Shown: piece by piece, positions 1-14,600 of the stretch
How the letters are laid out: each line of letters starts with the position of its first letter
Numbering within the stretch: the first letter of the stretch is position 1
Assembly: GCF_030028105.1 (NCBI RefSeq)
Contig: NC_092372.1
Location: forward strand, 160,400,058-160,464,057
Direction of reading: 5' to 3'
From: Mobula birostris
Lineage: Eukaryota
DNA: 64,000 nt
Position numbers and translations under genes: made by a program
The notes under the pieces: generated by a model
What the model was told of the DNA's origin: nothing
Database searches by the model: none
What the model saw: only the letters and a program-made list of their open reading frames with translations

Positions 1-3000
1 TTAATGCTTACGTCATGCCCTCTCGTACTAGATTCCTCCACCATGGGAAACGATTTTGCCACATCCACTCTGTCCATGCCTTTCAATATTCGAAATGTTT
101 CGATGAGGTCCCCTCTCATTCTTCTAAGTTCTAAGGAATACAGTCCAAGAGCGGACAAACGTTCCTCATATGTTAATCCTCTCATTCCCAGAATCATTCT
201 AGTGAATCTTCTCTGAACCCTCTCCAACGTCAGCACATCCTTTCTTAAATAAGGAGCCCAAAACTGCCCACAGTACTCCAAGTGAGGTCTCACCAGCGCC
301 TTATAGAGCTCAACATCACATCCCTGCTCCTATGCTTTATTCCTCTAGAAATGAATGCCAACATTGCATTCGTCTTCTTCACCACTGACTCAACCTGGAG
401 GTTAACCTTAAGTGTATCCTGCACGAGGACACCAAGTCCCGTTGCATCTCAGAACTTTGAATTCTGTCCCCATTTAAATAATAGTCTGCCCGTTTATTTC
501 TTCTGCCAAAGTGCATAACCATACACTTTCCAACATCGTATTTCATTTGCCACTTCTTTGCCCATTCTCCTAATCTATCCAAGTCTCTATGCAGACTCTG
601 TTCCCTCAGCACTACCGGCCCCTCCACCTATGTTTGCATCAAAAGCAAACTTAGCCACAAAGCCACCTGTTCCATAATCCAAATCGTTGATGTACAACGT
701 AAAAAGAAGCGGCCCCAACACGGACCCCTGTGGAAAACCACTGGTAACCAGCAGCCAACCAGAATAGGATCCCTTTATTTCCACTCTCTATTTCCTGCCA
801 ATCAGCCAATGCTCTATCCACGTATGTAACTTTCCTATAATTCCATGGGCTCTTATCTTGTTAAGCAGCCTCATGTGTGGCAGCTTGTTAAAGGTCTTCT
901 GAAAATCCAAATATACAACATTCACTGCATCTCCCTTGTCTAGCCTACTTGTAATTTCCTCAAAAAATTGCAATGGGTTTGTCAGGCAGGATTTTCTTTT
1001 AAGGAAACCGTGCTGAGTTCCGCCTATCTTTCATATCCTTCCAGGTACTCCGTAACCTTATCCTTGACAATCGACTCCAACAACTTCCCAACTACCAATG
1101 TCAAGTTAACAGGTCTATAATTTCCTTTTTGCTTCCTTGCCCCCCTCTTAAATAGTGAAGTGACATTGCAATCTTCCAGTCCTCCAGAACCATGCCAGAA
1201 TCTATTGACTAAGATCATTGCTAATGCCTCTGCAATCTCCACAGCTATTTCCTTCAGAACATGAGGGTGCATTCCATCTGGTCCGGGAGATTTATCTACC
1301 CTTAGATTATTCAGCTACCTGAGTACTTTCTCTGTCGTAATTGTGACTGCGCACACTTCTCTTCCCTGATACCCTTGAGTGTCCAGTGTACTGCTGATGT
1401 CTTCCTCAGTGAAGACATGCAAAATACTCGTTCAATTCCTCTGCAATCCCCTTATCCCCCATACAATTTCTCCAGCATCATTTTCTATTGGTCCTATATC
1501 CACTCTCACCTGTCTTTTACTCTTTATATACTTGAAAAAGCTTTTAGTATCCTCTTTGATATTATTTGCTAGCTTCCTTTCATAGTTCATCTTTCCCCTC
1601 TTAATGACCTTCTTATAGTTTCCTTTTGTAAGCTTTTAAAAACTTCCCAATCCTCTGTCTTCCCACTAATTTTTGCTTCCTTGTATGCCCTCTGCTTTAA
1701 CTTTGGCTTTGATTTCTCTTGTCAACCATGGTTGCATCCTTTTTCCATTCGAAAATTTCTTCTTTCTTGGAATATATCTGTCTTGCACCTTCCTCACTTC
1801 TCGCATATACTCCTTGCTGCTCTGCCATCCTTCCCGCCAGTGCCCCTTTCCTGTCAACATTGGCCAGTTCCTTTCTCGTGCCACTGTAATTTCCTTTACT
1901 CCACTGAAATACTGACACATCGGATTTCGGCTTCTCTTTCTCAAATTTCACAGTGAACTCAGTCATGTTATGGTCACGGTCTTCTAGGGGTTCCTTCACC
2001 TCAATCTCTCTAATCACCTCTGGTTCATTACACAACACCCAATCCAGTACAGCCGATCTCCTAGTGGGCTCAACAACAAGCTGTTCTAAAAAGCCATCTC
2101 GCAGACATTCTACAAATTCTCTCTCTTGAGATCCAGTGCCGACCTGATTTTCCCAATCCACTCGCATGTTAAAATCCCCCACAATTATCATAACACTGCC
2201 CTTCTGACAAGCCTTTTCCAGTTCCTGTTGTAGTTTGTAGTCCACATCACTGCAGCTGTTTGGAGGCCTATAAATAACTGGCATTAGGGTCCTTTTACCC
2301 CTGCGATTTCTTAGCTCAACCTTTAAAGATTCTGCACCTTCCGATCCTATGTCACCTCTTTCTAATGATTTGATATCATTTCTTACCAATAAAGCCACGC
2401 CACCCCCTCTGCCTACCTTCCTGTCCTTCCAATACACCGTGTATCCTTGGACGTTCAGCTCCCAGAGACATGCATCCTTTAGCCACGTCTCAGTGATGGC
2501 CACAATATCATACCTGCCAATCTGTAACTGTACGACAATATCATCCACCTTATTCCTTATGCTGCGTGCATTTAAGTATAACACTTTAAGACCAGTATTT
2601 GGTACTTATTGCTTTGATTGCACTGCAACTCATCCCAATGGCTGTAAATTTGCCCCATCACCTGCCTGTCCTCCCTGACATCGTTACTGCTCACTATCTT
2701 AGATTTATTTCTGTTTTCCCCTTCCTCCGCTCTATCATTCTGGTTCCCATCCCCCTGCCAAATTAGTTTAAACCCTCCCTAACAGCTCTATTAAACCTTC
2801 CCGCCAGGATATTGGTCCCCTTCGGGTTCAGGTGTAGCCCGTCCTTTTTGAACAGGTCATACTTCCCCCAGAAGAGATCCCAATGATCCAAGAATCTGAA
2901 GCCCTGCCCCCTACACCAGTCTCTCAGCCACACATTCATCTGCCTGATCCTACTATTCTTGCCCTCGCTAGCACGTGGCACAGGTAGCAATCCTGAGATT

Positions 3001-3880
3001 ACTACCCTGGAGGTCCTGCTTCTCAGCTTCCTTCCTATCTCCCGGAATCTCTCTTCGGGATCTCCTGCCTTTTCCTATCTATATCATTGGTACCAACATG
3101 TACCAAGACAACTGGCTGCTCGCCCTCTCCCTTCAGAATATTCTGGACCTGATCCGAGACATTCTGTACCCTGGTACCTGGGAGGCAACACACCATGCGG
3201 GTATCTCTATCAGGCTCACAGAATCTCCTGTCTGTTCCCCTAACTATGGAATCCCCTATGACTACCGCATTCCTCTTCTTCCCCCCTGCACAACAGCACC
3301 AGGCTCAGTGCCAGAGACCCGGTCACCGTTGGCGTCCCCTGTCAGGTCATCCCCCTCAACAGCATCCAAAACGAGATACTTGTTGAGGGGGGCAGCCACA
3401 GGAGTACTTTCCACTATCCCGGCATTTCCCTTCCCTCTTCTGACAGTCACCCAGTTTTCTGACCCCTGTAGCTTAGGGATGACTGCCTCCCTGTAGCTCC
3501 TGTCTGTTACCTCTTCACTTTCCCTAATAAGCAGTAGGTCATCAAGCTGCAGCTCCAAATCCCTAACACGATCTCTGGGGACCTGGTGCAGATGTGGCCA
3601 TCAGTGAGGCTGGAGGTCTCTCAGGATTCCCACATCTGACACTCTGAACAAAGCACTAACCCTGCAGGCATGCTACCTAATTCTACAGGAATGAAACAAG
3701 GAAAAATAAGACTACTCACCCACTTTACCTCGCCAAACACACAAACTTTTTAAACCGTTAGCTCGTACCATTAGCTGTGTGAGCCCTGCTGTTCTTGTGT
3801 CTGTCAGGGCCGACTCGCCAAGGGGAAAAAAAAAGAGTTGGTGCCTTGCTCTCACCTCTTCCCGTTACCACCTAAGCCCC
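1..3880 (-). mobile_element. CR1 LINE with ORF1 and ORF2, degenerate; 3' end runs off the window
   Basis: ORF1 fragments with an SGNH/GDSL-esterase-like C-terminus (DGLHLN, 2763-2990). APE endonuclease (YLNARSI, AITETW, VGDFN; 1697-2584). RT fragments (NYRPVNL, YLDFQK, GFPQGSVLGP, INDLD) broken by frameshifts. Confidence 0.92.
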
Positions 3881-4996
3881 TGATTATTTGCTCCCCTGAT
3901 TATTTTTATATATTAGAGAATGCATAATGCCTAATCTTTCAGAAGGAATACACTTGAAGCTCGAAGCAACTTCTCTGGATTCACATTTTCTCTTCTGGTT
4001 TTTGTCAAAAACCACATTGTGTCTTCCAGCTGAAGATGGTAGTTATTAATATTCAAGATAATATATATAAAGGATCAGTTTCCCTTATTAAACAATTGCA
4101 TATTAAACTATTGTAAAATATTAACAATAAATTTATAACTTATTCAAAAATATTTCTTTCAATTTGGATGAAGTCTAGAGAATACCAATTTTTTTTTTAT
4201 GCTCCAGAACAAGAGAGTATGAAAGTTGATCCTTGTAAATTTGGCAAAGTTAAAGAGTAATTTTCTGAAGTCTGAATTGAAGTAACTGGAAAAAAATGGC
4301 CTTCGAGATGGTTTGCAGCCAATAAAAACAATACTGTTTTCCAGAAATAATTAGAACTCATTTCAAGAATTGATGATGGAGCCACAAAGCAAAAGGTGAG
4401 GTAAGGATATAAAAACTAAATAAAGCCTTGTCAGAATTTGTAGAGTAGGGAATATAACATTTAATGTAAAACAAATAGGACAATGAACAGGTGGTAATGT
4501 AATGAATGGCTCAGCCAGTCAGGAGCAGAGTAAGGTCAAAGAAAAAAACTAAAATTGATGCATTAATTAAAAGAAAACATATAAAGTCACTGAACAAACT
4601 ATGTTATCAGACCTGTTATGTCAATTAAACTATGGCAATTATTGCATTTCCACAAAATAAGCTCTTCTTTTCCAGTCAATTTTACAAATTGTATCCTATT
4701 GAAATGTATCACATTCTTTGGTTGACAGAATATGTGCATCACTCTTTGAATAAGAAACAAGAATGTGACGATTTTGAGTGCAGATGGCTGTTTACTGTAA
4801 CTGAACTTCAACTTGTCAAAGTGACAGCCAATATTGCTCAGTCATCTGGGCCCTAATCTAGAGATTAAGTCATGGAAAACAAGATATCACTGCTGAAGCG
4901 CTATAGTGTTTGTCATGAAAAAGCAAGTAGAAACAATGTACTGTTTATTTGTGGATGCTCGTTACAAAGCAGATGCAATATATTTAGGTGAAATAA

Positions 4997-6420
4997 ACAT
5001 AGAACACTACATCACAGGAACAGGCCATTCAGCCCACAATGTTGTGTCAAACCAATTAGTTATCAAATAGCCCACTAAACTGATCTCCTCTACTTTCACA
5101 ACATCCACATCCTTCTATTTTCCTCACATTCATGTGCCTATCTAAATAGCTCTTAAAAGTCTCTAACGTATCTGCCTCTACTATCCCAAGCACTGCTTAC
5201 CGGGAACCTACCACTCCCTGTGTAAAACAAAAATGCCCTTCACATTTCCTTTGAAGTTATTCCTTCTCACCTTAAATGCATGCCTTCTAGTATTAGTCAT
5301 TTCAACCACGGGAATAAGTTGCTGTCTGTCTACTTTATTAATGCCTCTTGTAATCTTATAGACCTCTATCAGATCTCCCCTCAGCCTCTGCTGCTCCAGA
5401 GAAAACAACCCAAGTTTGTCCAACCTCCCTTTATAGCATATACCCCCTAATCCAGGCAACATCCTGTTAGGTCCCTTCTGCACCCTCTCCGAAGCCATAG
5501 CATCCTTTCTATAATGGGGCAACCAGAACTGTATGCAATGCAATACTCCAGAAGTGGCCTAACTTTTGTTTTATAAAGCTGCAACATAACTTCCTGACTT
5601 TGAACTCAATGCTTCAATTAAAAGGGCAAACATGCCATATGCCTTCTTAACCACCCTATTAGCATGTGTAGCAACTTCTAAGGAACAATGAACTTGGACC
5701 TCAAGATCGCTCTGCTCATCAATACTGTTAAGGGTGGATTGTTCATTTACTTCTGGCCTACCAAGTGCAACAGTTCATATTTGCCTGGGTTAAACTCCAT
5801 CTGAGATTTCTCTACCCAAATCTGCAGATTCTTTGTCAGTCTTCTACACTATCCACAACACTAACGATCTTCGTATTATCTGCAAACTAACTAACCAACC
5901 CATTTACATTTTCATCCATGCCATTTATATACATCACAAACAGCAGAGATCCCAGTGCAGATCCCCGTGGAACACCATTAACCACAGACCTCCTGCTAAA
6001 ATAAGTTGCTTTGACCACTATCATACCCACCACATGGCTAATTCATCATGGATCCCATACATTTTAATCTTCTGGATGACCCTCCCATAAGGGACCTTGT
6101 CAAATGCCTTACTAAAATCCATATAGACAATATCTGTAACTCTTCCATCATGAACCACCCTCGTTACCTCACCAAAAAACCCAATCTAGTCAGAAAGAAA
6201 TGGCTTGCCCCACACAAAGCCAAGCTGGCTCTCCCTAATTTGGCCATAGTTTGCCAAATGAGCATAAATCCTATCCCTAAGAAAGCACAGTATCCAACAC
6301 CATGTCCAATATAGCTGTTCCTCTTTTTGGACTAGCTACATATTGATTTAAAACACCCTCCTGGATGCACCAAACAAACTCTGCCCCAACTAAACCTTTT
6401 GCACTAAGAAGATCCCAGTT
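4997..6420 (-). mobile_element. CR1 LINE 3' part, degenerate
   Basis: catagaaca-type tail at ~4997; ORF2 C-terminus (IQFWLPHYRKD...RLRGDLIEVYKI) at 5208-5543; further RT and endonuclease remnants. Confidence 0.85.
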
Positions 6421-8480
6421 TGGTGGTTAACCACCAGGAGAAGTAAGGAGAGTGAGTAGAATTCACACGTGGCCACAAAGTCCCACAATGCAATAGAGGT
6501 TCAAGACCTGATCGGGGCGTGGATAGGAGTTTCTGTGGCCTAGAAAGAGTCACAAGAATTGCCTGCTGCCTCCCAAGTGCCAGGTGCCAGAGTCCAGGAT
6601 GTCTCAGAGTGGCTGCAGAATATTCTCAGAGGAGTGGTTAAGGATTGGCTTCAATGACATCGATAGAAAGAGGCAGCTGGCTTTGGGCAAGGTGCATCAG
6701 TGCTGAGAGAACTGATATGCTAAGACATTTCAAGATAAAGGAGGAGGTAGTGTTGGGTCTCCTAAAGAGCATTAAGGTGGTTAAGTCCCTAGGGCCTGAT
6801 GGGATTTACTCCAGGTTGTTGAGAGAGGCTAGAGAAGAGATTGCTAGGACCTTGACCAATATCTTTGTGTCCACTCTAGCCACAAGCAAAGTCTCGGAGG
6901 ACTGACTAGTAGCTAATATTGTTACATTAATCAAGAAAGGAACCATGGATAACCCTGGAAACTGTAGATCAGTGAGTTTCACATCAATGGTAGGGAAGTT
7001 ACTGGAGAGAATTCTTGGGAGTAGGGTTTATGAGCATTTGGAAAACCATGCCCTAATTAGGAAGAGCCAGCATGGCTTTGTCCAGGGCAAGTCAGATTTT
7101 ACTAACTTGATTGGGTTCTTTGATGAGGTGATGAAGGTAGAGTTCTGAATGTTGTCTATGTAGAGTTTAGGAAGGTGCTTGACAAGGTTCCTCACGGGAG
7201 GGTCATCCAGAAGATTAAGATGCTTTTTGAGGGAAAAGGTTAGTGATCAGTTGGAAAGGCAATAATAATACAGAGACAGCCAACGTGCTTCATGCAGAAC
7301 AGATCCTGCCTGCTCAATTTGCTTAAATTCTTTGAACTTACACTGAATGTATCAATGAAGGCAGGGCAATAGTGATGATTTACTTCATCTTCAGTAAGGC
7401 ATCTGACAAGGACCCCACAGGACACTGGTTCTAAAATTAGGTTGCTTGTGATCCAGGGCAAAATGACAAACTGGACCCAGAATTGGTTTGGAAAAATGGG
7501 GCTAAAGGGTTGTTTCTGAATTGGATGCCTGTGAATAGTGGTGTTCCATAGGATCAGTACTGGGATACTCGCTGTTTGTAATGTACACGAATCACCTGTA
7601 TGTGGATGTGGGAGGCATGATTGGTAACCTTGCAGACGACACAGGCATTGGTGTTGTAATTGAAAGCAAGGAAGGTAGTCTTAGGCTGCATGTGTTATCC
7701 ATGTGTTGGAGAAATGGGCTGAAAAATGGCAAGGCAAGTTTATTTGAGATAAACATGTGGTGATATATGTATTTGGGAATACTAGTGAATTTATGACATA
7801 CAACATGTATGATAGGGACTTTAGGAGTATTGAGGAACAGAAAGACCTTGGAGTACAATTCCACGGAACTGAATGCAGATTGGTAACACGTTTGGAAGGC
7901 ACATGGGATATTGGCCTTCCTTATTCAGGGCATCCGAGAAAGAAGCATGGACATTGTGCTTCTACTTTTCAAACCTTCATCAGGCTTCAGCTGGATCCAA
8001 TTCTGGTCACCACGAAATGCCAAAGATATGATATTGCTGGAGGTGATACAAAGGAGATACACCAGGTTTTTGCCTAGAATGGGGAAGCTGAGTTATGAGA
8101 GGAGACTGCAGAAACTGTGTTTGTTCTCCCTGGAGCAGAAGAGGTTAAAAAGGGATACAACTGATATATTTTAAATTGACAGGTATAGGTAGAGCAGACA
8201 CACTGTTACTCCAAATCAGAGGAAGACAAACCCAGAAGACACATATCTAGCGTAATGGAGAAAGGATGCAGAAGGGTATCCTCGGGGGGCCTTCATCACC
8301 CAGGGAGTGCAAAGTAACTGGAATGCGCCGACTGAGATAATGGTTCAAGCCAAGTTATTGTCACCATTAAGAAGTGTATAGCTGAGAATTTGAATTGCTT
8401 AGGCTGACAGAGCTATGAACTAAGTGCTGAGAGATAGATTAATATGGATGGTCCCATGGATGGGCTGGGCCATCTGGCCT
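6421..8480 (+). mobile_element. CR1 LINE fragments (ORF1 remnant, RT pieces, older 3' part)
   Basis: KSLGPDGIYSRLLREA, QHGFVQGKS, LADDTG, IQFWSP and LFSLEQKRL fragments. Confidence 0.82.
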
Positions 8481-8489
8481 GTGGAACCA

Positions 8490-9140
8490 AGTATTCCAAG
8501 GATAATGCCTCCTATCCCACTGGGGAGCAAACTGAATTTTCCAATTTCAGATAACTTACATTCAATGATCCTTTCCCACATCTACCAATTCACGAAGGTT
8601 TCCTCTCCTATTATTCACCTTTTCCATTCTACCCTCTCCCACCTATTAGCTAGCTTCATCATCCTGCCTCACCTGGTTCCATCTATGCATTACTCACACA
8701 TCTATCCACCTGTATTTCTTCTCCCTTGCTTTATCTTTTCTATCTCTCCCTAATCTGGTTTGATCTGTTCATCATCAAACCCATAATTGGTTCCACTTAT
8801 CACCTTCCACCCTCTGTCTCCTCCCCATCAGGCTCAATAGTATTTTCTTATCTCATTTCAGTCATCATTCATCAACCTCTGTCTCAAAACTCCCTCCTCA
8901 CTCTCTCCCACCTGCCTATTATCCACCACCACATCTGGTTTCCCCTGACGCCTACTATTTCTCATCTCATCCCTGTCCTTCACCTCTTTAAATTGGCCAA
9001 GTTCCCTTTACCCTCTAATTCCTGATGCAGTGTCTTGACCCATGAGGTTGACCATCCCTTTGTCACTACAGATTTTGCACAAGTACTGATCTCCTCCAGC
9101 AGTTGTTCATTTGCTTTCGATTCCACATCTGCAGCTTATT
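8490..9140 (+). repeat. Old Penelope-like 3' region remnant (pyrimidine-rich, decayed hammerhead motif at ~9020)
   Basis: Resembles 23690-24048; contains cctgatgcagtgtcttgaccc...ctcctccagcag. Confidence 0.6.
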
Positions 9141-9176
9141 TTGTCACCAATTACTTCAAGTGGCTATAGCCTATGG

Positions 9177-9991
9177 TCAAAATTTCAAAAATTCAATTAT
9201 TATTGAAGTAAACAACTCTGAAATTCTTCTTCTGTGGGTAGCCATGAAACCAAAAATGCAAAGAAAAATAACATGATCATCAACCCCCAAATCCCCCACC
9301 CCGCACAAAACAGAGAACAGGCACGTCAACCCGTAAATCCCTCCTCACACACAAAAAAACCCAAATCAAACTGAACAGGCATGCACAAAAAAACCCAAAC
9401 AAAACTGAACAGGCCCATTGACACCCAAATCTCCTTCCCTGCACAAAATAAACAAAGATTGGTGAAAAATACAGAATCATATTAAAAAAAACTGTAAGAT
9501 TGAAGAAAAGTCTATTGTCCAAGTACATATCCAAAATGCAGAAAACCTGGGTAACATTCTCTGGGTAAAGCGGCAGTCTCTCCCCTCTCTGGTAGCATAG
9601 CAAATTGATCCTCAGAGTTCAAAAGGCAAGCAGCCAGTGCTCATCTTCTGTATTTGCCCCAATGTTTCAGTCTTCCCCAACATTGTAATTGGTGAACAAT
9701 GGAAGCTTTAATCTGCAAAATAGAGTCAAACATTGGCTCATGCCCCATCCCGCAACCTGCCCACCATGAGGTTTGTACATGCTGCATTTGCCTCCCAGAA
9801 TTCTCTCGGAGGTTGCAGAGTGCTGGAACACCTAAATGATCTTCAGACAGCAAGTCACAGCTCCAACAGTTCCAGAATCACATCCAAGAAGAAAAACAAA
9901 CGTAAAAGATAAAAAAGAAGTGAAATATATGGTGTCGCGATCCATTCAGTGGATGCCAACTGAAGGAGCATTGCATGCAGGCACCATCTTG
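9177..9991 (-). mobile_element. Non-autonomous retroposon with Rex1/L2-type 3' tail
   Basis: Minus strand begins caagatggtgcc and ends aagaatttcagagttgt...tttgaaattttga; internal 35-50 bp imperfect tandem units at 9280-9460; no credible ORF. Confidence 0.55.
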
Positions 9992-10384
9992 TCAAGTTTT
10001 GGTAGTTTGTGTCAGAACAGTGCATCGGCTAACCAAATAGATAAAAGAACTCTGTTGACACAGCTGCACCTGGAATTTTAATTGTGTACTTTTCAGCGCT
10101 TCACAATAAGAGAAGGTAAAGTCTCTAATACGTCAAGAAATACAGTAGAAATGCTGTAGGTTTATCACTGGTGCTCATCTTTTTATTGTTAATGGATGTT
10201 ATCTTCTCTATCCCTCTTGCCTGAAAGACGTAAGGTGAAAAGAGCTTCATGGAGTTATTGATGTTCAATAGAGGAAATTATGACCTGAATATGTACAAGA
10301 CTGTAATATGCTGACCTAACAATCTACAAGAAGACATTGTCAGGTTGGCAAATTGCATTTGATAAAGTGAAAGAGAATGATATA

Positions 10385-10740
10385 GAACCATAGAGTTATA
10401 TAGAGACACAGCATAATAGCAATAAGGTTTGTGTTATCCACCAAGCATCAATTGGTACTAATAATTCTGCATTAATCCCATTTATTATTCTCTGCACACT
10501 CTCGACAACTTCCTGCTGCCCCCTACACTCACCCACACACTGGGGGCAACTTACAGTAGTGATTTAACCTACCAAATCATGTCTTTTGAGGGTATAGGAA
10601 ATGGATGCACCCAAAGGAAACCTACATGTTCACAGGGAGAAGGTGCAAACTTCACATGGGCAGCATCTGAGTTCAGGATTACACCTGGATTTTTGGCACT
10701 GTGAAGCAGCAGTTCTATTAGATGCACCCTTGTGTTGCTG
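10385..10740 (-). mobile_element. tRNA-derived SINE (V-SINE/HE1-like), diverged
   Basis: gtgaagtttgcaccttctccctgtg...gtttcctttgggtgc central domain shared with the copies at 38205 and 41820. Confidence 0.65.
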
Positions 10741-11465
10741 TGGAAGAGTTACTGGAAATGAGGAAATGTAGGAAATAAGCAACAGAAGATACTGGAGGAG
10801 AATGAAATGCGGCACAAAAGTAATTCATAATGGAGAAGTTTATGGAGATCTTCTGGTACGATGCGAGTGACATCTGCAAAGACATCAATCTCATCATGAG
10901 CACAGTATTAGAAGTGGTTGTGTGATGGAAGATGCATTATCCAATGAAGAAGTAGTCTTGATCATCGGCCAACCAAGAAAAGAATGTCATTTACATTCAA
11001 TATTACAATCTCAGATTTATCAGTACTACCATCATCTAAACACTACTGAAAGCTCTGCTTTTCATCTTACCCCTCCCCTGTCACTACCTCAACATGCAAA
11101 GCAACCACAAATTAGAACAAGTGTAGACAGCTCCAATGGCCTAATATATGAATACATGTTGTGTTGTGCAATTGAACATATGCAAGAGAACATGAACATT
11201 TCAAGTTTATTCTGGGCAGAGTCATCTGATTTATTATGGGGCCAACTCTGATCTCATTACTATCCAACCGTTTACCTTTCAGAATGATTATAGTTATTAT
11301 TTGCTGTAAGTATGATTGTAAGGAAGAATTAAAGGTACAAAGGATGGAAGAGATCAACTGCAATGGAACAAAAGAGAAATAAATTCTGTATGCAGATTAA
11401 GTTTAAACTGTGCTTTCAAGCATACACAAAAACCTACAAAGTGTAGTAAAGATAGCTGCTGGCAC

Positions 11466-11672
11466 TGTAGGGTAATGTAATTGGTGGGACCAATTACCGA
11501 CCACCAACATTGAGATGTGATTCACTTTAAGAGGCTGTCTGATTTAATGGCATAATTACGTAAAGTACTTTTACTGCACTCTTTGTTCAGTATTTGCAGT
11601 ACAATAAGTGAGTTGATGTGGCTTTTCTTAAACATAAAACACCTCATGCTATTTTATTTGCAAAAATCTACA
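11466..11672 (+). repeat. 5' LTR
   Basis: TG...CA termini; homologous to 15310-15522; followed by the PBS. Confidence 0.9.
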
Positions 11673-14600
11673 TTGGTGACCCCAATGTTCTAGGATGATT
11701 CTAGTTATTGAACAGGTTGGTCAATGCAGTCACTATGAAATTGCCAGAATTTTGGGAGCAAAATGCAGTTGCTTAGTTTGTACAAGCCGAGGCCCAATTT
11801 GCACTGTGAGAAATCACCACAATACCAAATTTTACATTGTGGTAACGTCGCTTGGCAACTACACTGTTGTGAGGGTGCTGAGTTTATTAGAAAACCTGCC
11901 TGAACATGATAAATACCAATCGCTGACAACTCACCTTTTGCAGACCTTTGGACTATCAGAGTCTGAGCGTGCCTAACAGTTGCTTTCCTTGCCCAGCCTC
12001 AGTGATGCAAAATCATCGGAGCTAATGGACCACATGCTGTCTCTCCTGGGAGATCACCAGTCTTGTTTTATTCTTAAAAATCTCTTCAATCAGCAAATGC
12101 CAGATCAAGTTTGCATAACCCTCACAAATGCACCCGTGAAGGACTATAGAGAGCTTGCTAAAATGGCTGACAGTTTGCACTCAGCTAGGCAGCAGTGTAT
12201 CACTCCTTCCCCTTTCTCTACCTCATTTAGCCTGGTCAACAAGGCCCCCTACAAAACGATGCTGGGCCTATGTTTTTACCACATTTGCTTTGGTTCGAAT
12301 GCTAGGAAGTGCCAATTGCCTTGCAGCTTCGACAGTGCCAACGCATTGGGACATCACAGGTCTGTGAACACCATGGGTTTCAACTGCCAGGGACATCTAC
12401 TGTTCAGTATGGACACCCTTTTAGGGCAACGCTTTCTGTGTGACGTGCTGAAGTGAGTGTGCCCCCGGCATTGCCTATTGATGAGAATGCATAGTGATAA
12501 AACCTCGCTGGAGGCCACCAAGAGCAATGGGATGCAGACTTACGGAACATGACAGGTGATGCTCTGCTTCGGTGGATGACGTCATACATGGGACTTCATC
12601 CTGGTAAAAATGGCTCGACCCCTGCTTGGTGCTGATTTCCTGTGTCCCCAAGGACTATTAGTTGATCATAAGAACTGCTGGCCTGTCGATGTCAAGGACT
12701 TGGGGTTGTTACCCAGCTCCCCCAGTAAATTCCCCACAATGACTCAGTATGCATCACCACACGTGGATTACTTGACTGCCAGCCGAACTCCCAAACCTCA
12801 CCAAGTGCACATTCTTCACTACTTTAACAAAACATGGCGTTGAGCCCCACATTTCTACAACTGGTTCGCCAGTGCAGGGGCCTGCATGCATAGACTGGAT
12901 CCAGCAAAGTTGGCAACAGTGAACGCTGAGTTTGTCTACACGGAAAGACTTGGCATTGTATGCTGGTCAAATGTCCCCTGGGCTTTGCCCCTCCATATGG
13001 TCACAGAGTCCAGTAATGGTAACTGTTGCTTGATCGAGGCCACCAACCGCCGATTGTCACCCAGTCCCACACATCCAAGACTTTTCAGCATGATTAGCTG
13101 GAAGGTAAATTTTTTCCAAAGTCAGTCTAATTAGGGACTATGATTAGGTGCCTGTGTTTAGGAGGACTTCCCCAAAATGCCTGTGATAACCCCTTTTGGT
13201 TTCTGAGTACGCTTGTCTTTTGGGCTGAAAAAATGCAGCACAGACTTTCCAATGGCTAATGGAGTCTGTAGTAAAAGACCTAGGTTTTCTTTTTTGTTTA
13301 CCTGGATGACATGCTTGGGTTGTCAACCACTGACTTTCTCAGCCATCACACCTCCGCAGAAGGTGTGAAACCCCTCCCATTAAAAGTAGCCACTATTTTG
13401 CACCACCCCACACCACTGAAAATCTACCAGAGTTTATCGTCATGGTGAATCTTTAAAGCAGTTTCATTCCGTGAGCTGCTGAACTTACGTTCCCCCTGTA
13501 TAGAGTGCTTAAAGGCAATATTCCTAATCATGTGCTCGACTGGTCAGCAGGCATGACCGGGACATTTGTTGACACCAAATGAGCTCTTTCCAATGCGACC
13601 TTACTAGTGCACCCACTCCTCAATGTGCCTGTAGCCATAATTACTGACAATTCAGACTATGCTGTGGGATGCTGTGCATGAACTTCTGGCCAGAGGCATG
13701 TGGCAGCCGCTCACCTTCTTCAGTTAGCAGCTCTGTCCCCCTGAAAGGAAGTACACCACGTTAGACCCTGAGCTTCTCGGTCTCTATCTGGTTGTCCGCC
13801 ATTCTTGTTTTCTTCTACAGGGTTGCCATTTCACATCTCCATTGACCACAAACCCTTTGTGCATGTCATGGCCAAACTATCAGATCCTTGGTCTGCATGG
13901 CAGCAACACCAGCTGGCCTACATATCAGAGTTCACAATGGATATACGACAAATCAAGGTGAAAAATAATGCTGTGGCAATTGCCTCTCATGGCCAGCCTT
14001 TGAGGGCATATACATAAGGGTTGACTATGCTGGCATGGCAGTCAACCAAGCTACTCCAGGCTTACTGAACAGCAGTCACGGGGCTGCGATTGACTGACAT
14101 TAAGTTCAGAGAAGCTGGGGCTTCTCTCTGGTATGATGGCTCAGCTGGTCATGCTCACCCCATAGGGCCCGCAACCTGGAGTTGGACTGTTTTTGGTTCC
14201 ATACATGGTCTATCGCTTCCGGGCCAGAGGGCCTCACAGAAAATGGTTGCACTAAAGTTTGTGTGGCACAGCCTTAGAAAGGACTTGCATGATTGGACCT
14301 CAGTCTGTGTGGAGAGCCAGTGGGCAAAAATTAACCATCATGTTCAGACGCCATTGGCACCTATGAGGTCCTTGAGCGATGGTTTGATCATGTCAATGTG
14401 TACCGTGTTGGTCCTCTTCCCCCTCCAGTGGTTTAACGCACCTCCTTACCACCAGGTAGCCACAGGCATCGATGACAGCTGCAGACGTGGCTCAAAGTGT
14501 TCAGCACCTAGGCTGTTTCATTTGGTGCCCCATCTGATATTTCTTCTGACCACGGTCCCTGATTCATTACACACCTCTGGGCTGTGATGGCCCAGGACCT

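Noticed and set aside
3877-3905. 13-bp direct repeat cccctgattattt at the CR1 5' boundary
   Set aside because: The copies are only 3 bp apart; a micro-duplication, and not verifiable as a TSD because the element's other end is outside the window.
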